32,000 bases of DNA, taken from the NCBI RefSeq assembly GCF_001548275.1, contig NZ_AP014945.1:270001-302000 (forward strand). Reading direction: 5' to 3'. Shown in pieces: positions 7,240 through 17,584 of this stretch (position 1 is its first letter; every line of letters begins with the position of its first letter). A program made the translations under genes and the position numbers. The notes under the pieces are model-generated. The model made no database searches and had not been told where the DNA came from. It saw only the letters and a list, made by a program, of their open reading frames with translations. The DNA comes from Caldimicrobium thiodismutans (GTDB taxonomy: Bacteria > Desulfobacterota > Thermodesulfobacteria > Thermodesulfobacteriales > Thermodesulfobacteriaceae).

Positions 7240-7872
7240 TCAGGAAGAACCTTTTAAGAAAAAGGAAAGTTTGGTTAGGGCCATAGAAAAAGTAAAATTT
7301 TCAATTTTTATATCAGGATTATCTGTGTAAAAAGGAGTTGGACTAAGGTTTAAGATTGCCTTCAGACCGTGTTGCAAAAAGGTTTCTAAAAAGATTTCTG
7401 GTTTATCTTCCGATGTGATTACTCCCATATCTACCTTGATGGCCTTGGTTACATATCCAAGTTGATCCAGATTATAAACCGATACTCCATTGATGATTTT
7501 TCCAATTTCTTCAGGACGAGTTTCAAAGGCTGCCATAAAGTAAAAACCCTCCCGTTGAAGGTCTTTGCTATGCAGTAAAAATTCTCCAACAGGACTTATA
7601 CCACCCAGAATTAAATTCCATTCCTGCGTTCTACCCAGAAATTTTTTTAAATTATATTTGAGGCTTTTAACACTATATCCCACACCCTTTGTTCCAAGAT
7701 TACCAACAAAACTTAAATCCTTTCTGAGTTGCGCGGAATTTACTCCACACCTTTTAGCAAGGTCATCAGAGCTAATGGATTCAATTTTTTTCTTTTCAAG
7801 GGCATCCAGAACATTTAAATAGATAACTAATCTGTGTAAGGTATTTTCAGGAAGTTCTTTAAATTTAGCCAT
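7240..7872 (-). CDS. rex: Redox-sensing transcriptional repressor Rex family
   Basis: The N-terminal winged helix RLVIYLNVLDAL...ISSDDLAKRCGVNSAQLRKDLSFVGNLGTKGVGYSV is typical Rex. The C-terminal Rossmann-like domain ends with ...NFTFSMALTKLSFFL. The glycine loop is atypical (GGISPVG). Confidence 0.8.
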   Translation of the reverse strand: MAKFKELPENTLHRLVIYLNVLDALEKKKIESISSDDLAKRCGVNSAQLRKDLSFVGNLGTKGVGYSVKSLKYNLKKFLGRTQEWNLILGGISPVGEFLLHSKDLQREGFYFMAAFETRPEEIGKIINGVSVYNLDQLGYVTKAIKVDMGVITSEDKPEIFLETFLQHGLKAILNLSPTPFYTDNPDIKIENFTFSMALTKLSFFLKGSS

Positions 7873-8989
7873 TTTTTAGCACATTTAAGATATTTTGGCT
7901 AAAGGGAGGCACAATTATTCCTTTCTCTGTAATAATAGCAGTTATATTTTCTGCGGGTGTAACATCAAAGGCAAGATTCATAGCCTGAGCTCCAGCAGGT
8001 GCAATTAACTTTCTTTTACAGGTAAGGACTTCTTTTTCATTTCTTACTTCAACTGGTATCCCTTCACCTGAAGCAAGGGTTAAGTCAAAGGTTGAAGAAG
8101 GCGCAGCTATATAAAAGGGAATTCCATGTTCCTTAGCAAGGACAGATAAAGAATAGGTCCCGATTTTATTAGCAGTATCTCCGTTGCTTGCAATTCTGTC
8201 TGCACCTACTATGATGGCCCTAACTTTTCCTTTTTTCATAAGATAGCCCGCTGAATTATCAGTAATTATTTTATAAGGAATTTTTAATTTAGACAACTCC
8301 CAGGCAGTGAGCCTTGCCCCTTGTAAGAAAGGGCGGGTTTCATCTACCCAGATAAAGATTTTTTTTCCCTTTTCGTAAGCCCTGCGAATGACCCCTAAGG
8401 CAGTTCCATATCCTCCTGTGGCAAGGGCTCCAGTATTACAATGGGTAAGAATTCCTCCTTCGGGTAAAAGATTACTTCCATATTCACCCATTTTGAAATT
8501 GGCAAGAATATCCTCTTCCCAGATTGATAGAGCCTCCTTTTGAAGGGATTTTAAAAGCTCTTCAAATGCTCTCTGGCCAAGATTCCCCTCTGGAATTTTG
8601 TTTATAAACCCTTGAAAGACTCCTTTCATTCTTTTTAAAGCCCAGAAGAGATTGACTGCAGTAGGCCTTGCTGAGGAGAGGCTTTTTTCAATGCGAACAA
8701 AAAGGGATAAAAGGTTTTTTTTAGCTAAAGGAAAGGTTAACTTTGATTGAGCCTCTTTTAGACCAATATAAACGCCAATAGCTGTAACGATCCCGATAGC
8801 TGGAGCGCCTCTTACAAGCATCTCCTTTATGGAATATCTGACCTTTTTTAGGGTATTTGCTTTATAATATATTTCCTTTAAAGGAAGTTTTCTTTGATCA
8901 AGAATGAAAAGGGAGGAGTTTTCCCAGTAAAAGGCCTTGATAAAGTCTGCCTCTTTGGGTTCAATAAGGTTATCTTTTATTTTTTTCAA
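7865..8989 (-). CDS. mtnA: S-methyl-5-thioribose-1-phosphate isomerase (eIF-2B alpha/beta/delta-like family)
   Basis: LFILDQRKLP opening, VRGAPAIG, TRPFLQGARLTAWEL, GADRIASNGDTANKIGTY and VTPAENITAIITEKG. Confidence 0.85.
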   Translation of the reverse strand: MKKIKDNLIEPKEADFIKAFYWENSSLFILDQRKLPLKEIYYKANTLKKVRYSIKEMLVRGAPAIGIVTAIGVYIGLKEAQSKLTFPLAKKNLLSLFVRIEKSLSSARPTAVNLFWALKRMKGVFQGFINKIPEGNLGQRAFEELLKSLQKEALSIWEEDILANFKMGEYGSNLLPEGGILTHCNTGALATGGYGTALGVIRRAYEKGKKIFIWVDETRPFLQGARLTAWELSKLKIPYKIITDNSAGYLMKKGKVRAIIVGADRIASNGDTANKIGTYSLSVLAKEHGIPFYIAAPSSTFDLTLASGEGIPVEVRNEKEVLTCKRKLIAPAGAQAMNLAFDVTPAENITAIITEKGIIVPPFSQNILNVLKNG

Positions 8990-10423
8990 TTAGCTCTCCA
9001 GAAGCTCTGTTAAAATCTTATTAACCACTTTGGGATTGGCTTTGCCCTGGGTTTTTTTCATCACCTGTCCTACAAAAAAGCCAATAAGCCCCTTTTTCCC
9101 AGACTTATACTTTTCAACCTCTGAGGGATTTTCCCTAAGGACCTCTTCACAGATTCCCTTAAGCTGGGCCTCTGAACTCTCCTGAACAAGATTTTTTTCT
9201 TCTACTACCTTTTTAGGAGAAACCCCCCTTTCATAAACCTCAGGAAAGACCTGTTGTTTGGCAAGGGTAATTGAGATAACCTCTTTGTCAACCAATTCTA
9301 AAAGTTCAGCCAGATGCTCTGCTTTAAGTTTGCTTTCCCATATGTCAATACGATCTCGATTTAAATATCTCAGGACCTCAGTGAGGATAAAATTTGATAT
9401 AGCCTTGGGGTTAGAATAAAACTTAAGGGACTCTTCAAAGAAATCTGCCAGGGTTTTTTCTTCGGTTAGGATTCCAGCCTCATAAGAAGTTAACCCATAG
9501 GCCTTTTCAAATCTCTCTTTTTTGACCTGAGGAAGTTCAGGAAGAGAATCTTTTATTTTTTGGACAAAAGATTCCTCAAGTTGAATCTCAATTAGATCAG
9601 GATCCGGGAAATAGCAATAATCATGAGCCTCCTCTTTACCTCTCATGGGATGGGTTGTCTGAGTAGCCTCATCATAAAGCCTTGTTTCCTGGACTACTTC
9701 TTTACCCTCAAGGATCAATCCAATTTGACGCTTTATTTCATAGGCAAGGGCTTTTTCCACATGTTTAAAAGAATTCATATTTTTTAGCTCAACCTTTGTT
9801 CCAAAAGTTGAGCTCCCTTTGGGCCTTACTGAGACATTGGCATCACATCTCAGGCTCCCCTCCTCCATATTACCATCACAGATTCCTAAGTATCTTACTA
9901 TGCTTCTTAAGGTTTTAAGATAGGCTACAGCTTCTTCAGGGGAGGTAATCTCTGGTTTACTAACTATCTCTAAAAGGGGAACACCCGTGCGATTAAAATC
10001 CACATAGGAATAGGGTAGTTTTTCATCATGCACTAATTTTCCAGCATCTTCTTCTAAATGGATGCGGGTAAGGCCAATTGTTTTCTTAAGACCATTTAAT
10101 TCAATTGCCACTTCTCCTCCCTCTGCCAAGGGGAGCTCATATTGAGAAATCTGGTAATTTTTGGGAAGATCTGGGTAAAAATAGTGCTTTCGTGCCATAA
10201 CAGAAAGGAGGTTTATTTTACAGGATAGGGCAAGCGCCAGCCGAAGGGCATATTCTATAGCTTTTTTATTGATGACAGGGAGAACCCCAGGCTGACCTGT
10301 GCAGATAGGACAAACTTGAGAGTTTGGCTCTGCCCCAAAACGGGTTGAACAGGAACAGAAAAGTTTGCTTTGAGTGCTAAGTTGAGCATGGACCTCAAGA
10401 CCGATAACCGCCTCAAATTCCAT
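8990..10423 (-). CDS. gatB: Asp-tRNA(Asn)/Glu-tRNA(Gln) amidotransferase subunit B
   Basis: MEFEAVIGLEVHAQL...KLFCSC...VCPICTGQPGVLP, DFNRTGVPLLEIV, LRCDANVS and a C-terminal YqeY-like tail GFFVGQVMKKTQGKANP. Confidence 0.95.
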   Translation of the reverse strand: MEFEAVIGLEVHAQLSTQSKLFCSCSTRFGAEPNSQVCPICTGQPGVLPVINKKAIEYALRLALALSCKINLLSVMARKHYFYPDLPKNYQISQYELPLAEGGEVAIELNGLKKTIGLTRIHLEEDAGKLVHDEKLPYSYVDFNRTGVPLLEIVSKPEITSPEEAVAYLKTLRSIVRYLGICDGNMEEGSLRCDANVSVRPKGSSTFGTKVELKNMNSFKHVEKALAYEIKRQIGLILEGKEVVQETRLYDEATQTTHPMRGKEEAHDYCYFPDPDLIEIQLEESFVQKIKDSLPELPQVKKERFEKAYGLTSYEAGILTEEKTLADFFEESLKFYSNPKAISNFILTEVLRYLNRDRIDIWESKLKAEHLAELLELVDKEVISITLAKQQVFPEVYERGVSPKKVVEEKNLVQESSEAQLKGICEEVLRENPSEVEKYKSGKKGLIGFFVGQVMKKTQGKANPKVVNKILTELLES

Positions 10424-10453
10424 AAAGACCCCTCTCGGGAAAAGATTTTTTTA

Positions 10454-10514
10454 AATTTACCAAATTTTATGGCCCTGTCAATCTGCTGTATGCGTCCAGG
10501 TCTTTTGAGACTTA
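10454..10514 (-). promoter_or_regulatory. Candidate promoter of the gatB operon plus a conserved upstream 14-mer
   Basis: Minus strand reads TAAGTCTCAAAAGA (10514-10501), 19 nt, TTGACAGGG (-35 at 10481-10476), 16-nt spacer, TAAATT (10459-10454). A roughly 30-nt leader with GAGAGGGG SD precedes the ATG at 10423. Confidence 0.4.
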
Positions 10515-10565
10515 AATAGTAGGGGTTTAAAATTTTATACCCCTTGAATTTTTTTGTGGCTCTGT

Positions 10566-10645
10566 TGTAACACAGGCATTCTTGTCTCTGTTTCTTTCAT
10601 ACATTGGAGTGTAATTTGCCTCCACAGGCAAGATTGCCTGTGTTA
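10566..10645. repeat. Nested inverted repeats: a 12-bp perfect IR pair enclosing an 8-bp/4-nt-loop hairpin
   Basis: GTAACACAGGCA (10566-10577) and TGCCTGTGTTAC (10634-10645) are perfect reverse complements. A second CACAGGCA (10622-10629) pairs with 10634-10641 across the loop AGAT. On the plus strand, TTACTTTTAT follows. Confidence 0.7.
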
Positions 10646-10785
10646 CTTTTATAGACTTGTAAAGCCTCCCTTGTATAGATATCTAATTCCTCTTTTACCC
10701 CACTTCCTCCTTCTTGTAAGGATCTGAACTTATGCATTTTTTCAATAAATCTCTCCTCCATTTTGGCAATTCCATCCTTTGCCAC
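10597..10785 (-). CDS. Doubtful small ORF (54-62 aa) or gene remnant, no recognisable family
   Basis: It is the only ORF in a 625-bp spacer. It has a GTG start without SD, and an internal ATG (10761) with a weak AAGGA. Its 3' end is read straight through the 10622-10641 hairpin. The frame is open upstream to 10821 and contains an in-frame AGGAGG with no start codon after it. Confidence 0.2.
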   Translation of the reverse strand: MAKDGIAKMEERFIEKMHKFRSLQEGGSGVKEELDIYTREALQVYKSNTGNLACGGKLHSNV

Positions 10786-10995
10786 AACAGGAAAATCCTT
10801 TAAGATATCCTCCTGAAAATTTTATAAACATGTTTCCTTTGCTTAATTTTAAAAAACGAGGGACAAGAACTCCATTTCACTTAGGCTTAAAAGCCCCAAA
10901 AGGAGTCAGTTCCTCAACCAGAAATCTAAATACAAAAGGAGGCTTTTGGATTTTTGATTGTTTCTATCGGCAATTTAGGGAGGATTTTTTTCCTC

Positions 10996-11024
10996 TTGAC
11001 TTTTGTTTTATAATTAAGTATTTT
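10996..11024 (+). promoter_or_regulatory. Candidate recA promoter
   Basis: TTGACT (10996-11001), 17-nt spacer, TATTTT (11019-11024). The SD AAGGGGGA lies 8 nt before the ATG at 11049. Confidence 0.35.
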
Positions 11025-11048
11025 TAAGAAAAATAAAGGGGGATTTTT

Positions 11049-12088
11049 ATGGAGCTTGATAAGAAAAAGGCTGTTGAGGCAGCGATCACTCAGATAGAGC
11101 GCCAGTTTGGTAAGGGCGCCATTATGAAGCTTGGGGAACATGAAAAAAAAGTAGAGGTAAATGTTATTCCTACAGGTTCTTTGGCTCTGGATTTAGCAAC
11201 CGGGATTGGTGGGATCCCCCGGGGAAGGATAACTGAAATTTTTGGAGCAGAGGCCTCTGGTAAGACAACTTTAGCCCTCCATATGGTAGCAGAAGCTCAG
11301 AAATTAGGGGGAGTAGCTGCCTATATTGATGCTGAGCATGCCTTAGATGTGAATTATGCCAGAAAACTTGGGGTTAATGTGGATGAGCTTCTCATTTCCC
11401 AGCCAGATACCGGAGAGCAGGCTCTTGAGATAGCAGAAGTCCTTGCCAGAAGCGGGGCCGTTGATATTATTGTGGTTGACTCTGTAGCTGCCCTTGTGCC
11501 CAAGGCCGAGCTTGAAGGGGAGATGGATGAACAGCAAGTTGGCCTTCAGGCAAGACTTATGTCCAAAGCCATGCGAAAACTTACCGCTGCCATTTCCAAA
11601 ACCAATACTGCGGTTATCTTTATAAATCAGACCCGTATGAAAATTGGCATGATGAGTTTTGGAGGGCCTCAGGAGACAACTCCTGGTGGCATGGCCCTTA
11701 AGTTTTTTGCCACTCTTAGAATGGAGATAAGAAAAATTCAAAGTATAAAAGAAGGGCAGGAGACCCTGGGAAATCGTGCCAAAGTCAAGATTGTGAAAAA
11801 CAAGCTTGCTCCACCCTTTAAAGAAGCAGAGTTTGATATCTATTTTGGAGAGGGGATCTCCCGTGAAGCAGAACTTATTGATCTGGGGCTGGCTTTCAAT
11901 CTCATTGAAAGAAGTGGAGCCTGGTATTCTTATAAAGGCGAAAGATTGGGGCAGGGTAAAGAAAATGTTAGAAAATTTCTTAAGGAAAACAAAGCTATAG
12001 CAGATGAACTGGAGAAAAAGATTAGAGAACTCACAGGTCTTCCCTTTTTTGAGAAAACTCAACCTGAAAAAACTCAGAAAAAATCATC

Positions 12089-12092
<4 letters not shown>
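11049..12092 (+). CDS. recA: Recombinase A
   Basis: GKGAIMKLG, Walker [23 protein letters not shown], and the L1/L2 loop regions ([14 protein letters not shown]; [29 protein letters not shown]). Confidence 0.97.
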
Positions 12093-15661
<3,569 letters not shown>

Positions 15662-16000
15662 ATGGATCTTGAAGAGGCCCGGGTTAAGATTCTTCAGGTT
15701 TTCAGAAAGTTTCTTGATCCTGAAAAACTTTTCCTTATCCTTATAGGTTCACAAACAGAGAAGAAGAGGCCTCTTTCTGATCTTGATCTCCTCTTTTTTT
15801 ATCTGGGTTCAGTGGATGATCTAACCTTCCTTAAATTAAAGGAAGCCTTAAATCAACTTGAAGAAATACCCGTGCCTATAGATCTTATTGAGGGAAATAA
15901 AGTAAGTGTTGAATTTTTAACCTTTGCCTTGAATGAGGGAAAAATATGGCATATAGGGAAAGACTTCGTAAAAAATTTGAAGACTTTGAAAGAACCTTAG
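15662..16000 (+). CDS. mntA: Minimal nucleotidyltransferase (MNT), MntA-type antitoxin
   Basis: Pol-beta-fold NTase motif LILIGSQTEKKRPLSDLDLLF (GS-X9-11-[DE]xD). 112 aa. The ATG immediately follows the pmbA TAG. Confidence 0.75.
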   Translation: MDLEEARVKILQVFRKFLDPEKLFLILIGSQTEKKRPLSDLDLLFFYLGSVDDLTFLKLKEALNQLEEIPVPIDLIEGNKVSVEFLTFALNEGKIWHIGKDFVKNLKTLKEP

Positions 16001-16374
16001 AAAAATTCTCTCAACTTTCAAAATTGAATCTTGAAGAAGAAATTCTTTTTGAAGTTTCAGCCAAGCGTTTTGAATACACCTTTGAGGTTCTCTGGAAACT
16101 TATTAAACTTATTCTTGAAGCCAAAGGAAAACCCTGCGCAACCCCCCTTGATTGTTTTAAAAATTATTATCTCTCAGGTAAAATTACAGAAAAGGAATAT
16201 CACGAGCTTGCAAAATTTACTCGTATAAGGAATGAAATAGCGCATATTTATGACTTTTCTACAGCCAGAGAGATTTATCTTTATGCAGTAAGGGAGCTTC
16301 TTCCCCTCTTGCAAAAAATTAAAGACCCATTAAAAAGAAAGATTGAGGAACTAACTTCTGAGGAGGCCCTATGA
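15946..16374 (+). CDS. hepT: HEPN-domain protein, HI0074-like 'nucleotidyltransferase substrate-binding' family (HepT-type toxin)
   Basis: RFEYTFEVLWKLIKLILEAKG is typical of the HI0074 family. The HEPN catalytic motif is RNEIAHIY (R-X4-H-X-Y). GAGGGA SD lies 6 nt before the ATG at 15946. This is the only in-frame Met, so the 55-nt overlap with mntA appears real. Confidence 0.75.
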   Translation: MAYRERLRKKFEDFERTLEKFSQLSKLNLEEEILFEVSAKRFEYTFEVLWKLIKLILEAKGKPCATPLDCFKNYYLSGKITEKEYHELAKFTRIRNEIAHIYDFSTAREIYLYAVRELLPLLQKIKDPLKRKIEELTSEEAL

Positions 16375-17408
16375 ATTTTAGAGAGGCAACAGAACTTCTC
16401 AAAGAAAAAAAATCCCTGACCAAAGAGCAGAGTTATATACTTTTTAAAAAACTTGCCCTTGAGGATTTTGATGAGGCAGAGGTTGAGGAGTTTCTTAAGG
16501 CCTTAAAAGAAAAGGGGGAGACCTGGGAGGAGATTTCTGGAGCTGTTAAGGCTTACAGGGAAGTTATGAAACCCTTTGAACACGGGCTTTCTGAATCTGC
16601 TATTATTGTGGATACCTGTGGAACAGGAGGAGATGCCAAACATACCTTTAATTTTTCCACAGCAGTTGCCCTTGCCCTGTCAGTTGAGGAGGATGTCTTT
16701 GTGGTAAAACACGGGAATCGTTCTATTTCAAGTAAATCAGGATCTGCAGATCTTATTGAAGCCCTTGGGATTCCCCTTGATCTTCCAGAGGAGGCTTTAA
16801 GAGAGGCCTTACAAAAGGTGCGCTTTGTCTTTCTCTTTGCCCCTCTCTATCATTCTGCCTTTGCCAGAGTGGCTCCAATCAGAAAACGCCTTGGAAGGAC
16901 CATTTTTAACCTCCTTGGTCCCCTTTTAAATCCTGCAAGGCCAAATCATCAGCTTCTTGGAGTTTATGATTTTAAACTTACTGAGAAAATAGCCTATGTG
17001 CTTGATGATCTTGGGGTGAAAAGGGCCATGGTGGTTTGGGGTGAAGAGGGCTATGATGAGATAACCATTACAGGTTCAACCAAGGTTTCAGAGCTTGAAA
17101 AGGGAAGAATAACCACCTATTATCTTGATCCGGAAGACTTTGGCTTTGAAAGGTGTGTTAATGAGGAAGAACTCAAGGTGAAGGACTCAAAGGAGAGCCT
17201 TGAGATTTTTTACAGGCTTTTTGAGAACTCCCTTGAGGGTCCTATCAAGGATATGTTTCTTTTAAATTTAGCAGGGGCCCTTTATGTGTGTGGAAAGTCC
17301 ATAGATTTTAAAGGGGCTTTAAAAAGGGCAAGAAAATATTTGGAAGAAAAAATATTCCTCAAACAACTTGAAAAAATTCTGGACTTCTATTCCAGAAAGA
17401 GACATTAA
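16371..17408 (+). CDS. trpD: Anthranilate phosphoribosyltransferase (glycosyl transferase family 3)
   Basis: DTCGTGGDAKHTFNFSTA, KHGNRSISSKSGSADLIEALG, IFNLLGPLLNPA and GEEGYDEITITG. No other trp genes are in the window. Confidence 0.8.
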   Translation: MNFREATELLKEKKSLTKEQSYILFKKLALEDFDEAEVEEFLKALKEKGETWEEISGAVKAYREVMKPFEHGLSESAIIVDTCGTGGDAKHTFNFSTAVALALSVEEDVFVVKHGNRSISSKSGSADLIEALGIPLDLPEEALREALQKVRFVFLFAPLYHSAFARVAPIRKRLGRTIFNLLGPLLNPARPNHQLLGVYDFKLTEKIAYVLDDLGVKRAMVVWGEEGYDEITITGSTKVSELEKGRITTYYLDPEDFGFERCVNEEELKVKDSKESLEIFYRLFENSLEGPIKDMFLLNLAGALYVCGKSIDFKGALKRARKYLEEKIFLKQLEKILDFYSRKRH

Positions 17409-17517
17409 TTTTTAAAAAAATTTGAAGAAAATTATCAAAAATTTTTGAAAAATTTAGCATTTGTTTTTTAAAAAAGAATTTTATAAATTTTTAGATTGTT
17501 TCTTGTCCAGATCAAAT

Positions 17518-17546
17518 TTGACCTTTTTTATTTTTAAAGATATCTT
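17518..17546 (+). promoter_or_regulatory. Candidate promoter of the porin gene
   Basis: TTGACC (17518-17523), 17-nt spacer, TATCTT (17541-17546). The 10-bp palindrome TCAAATTTGA (17512-17521) overlaps the -35. A 14-bp palindrome TCAAAAATTTTTGA lies at 17435-17448. Confidence 0.35.
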
Positions 17547-17584
17547 TAAAAAAAAGTTAAAAAAATATTCAGGAGGTGAAGGAA

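Noticed and set aside
10424-10600. Rex operator (TTGTGAA-N-TTCACAA type) in the promoter of the operon that contains rex
   Set aside because: Only loose TTGTG/ACACA fragments are present (10553-10575), and they belong to the 12-bp inverted-repeat arm. There is no palindromic Rex-like site.
10779-11027. 82-aa plus-strand ORF in the gatB/recA spacer
   Set aside because: It has no RBS, an implausible composition (MPQQENPLRYPPENF...), and runs through the predicted recA promoter. I treat it as non-coding.
11343-12062. Long antisense ORFs in the track: 239 aa opposite recA, and likewise 25274-25942 opposite atpA, 28765-29415 opposite atpD/atpC, 18101-18730 opposite the porin, 1725-2018 opposite pepP, 21982-22329 opposite mrdA and 12987-13349 opposite hldA/eno
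   Set aside because: Each is the mirror frame of a strongly conserved gene. Their products are Ser/Leu/Phe-rich nonsense without motifs. Long antisense ORFs of this kind are expected in genes with biased codon usage.
17576-17584. Upstream non-ATG starts proposed by the ORF track: GTG 17576 for the porin, GTG 4018 for birA, TTG 1089 for pepP and TTG 12089 for hldA
   Set aside because: For the porin, the GTG sits inside the AGGAGGTG Shine-Dalgarno that serves the ATG at 17585. For birA, the GTG overlaps the tRNA. For pepP and hldA, a nearby ATG is equally or more plausible, so I keep both options open in the feature notes.
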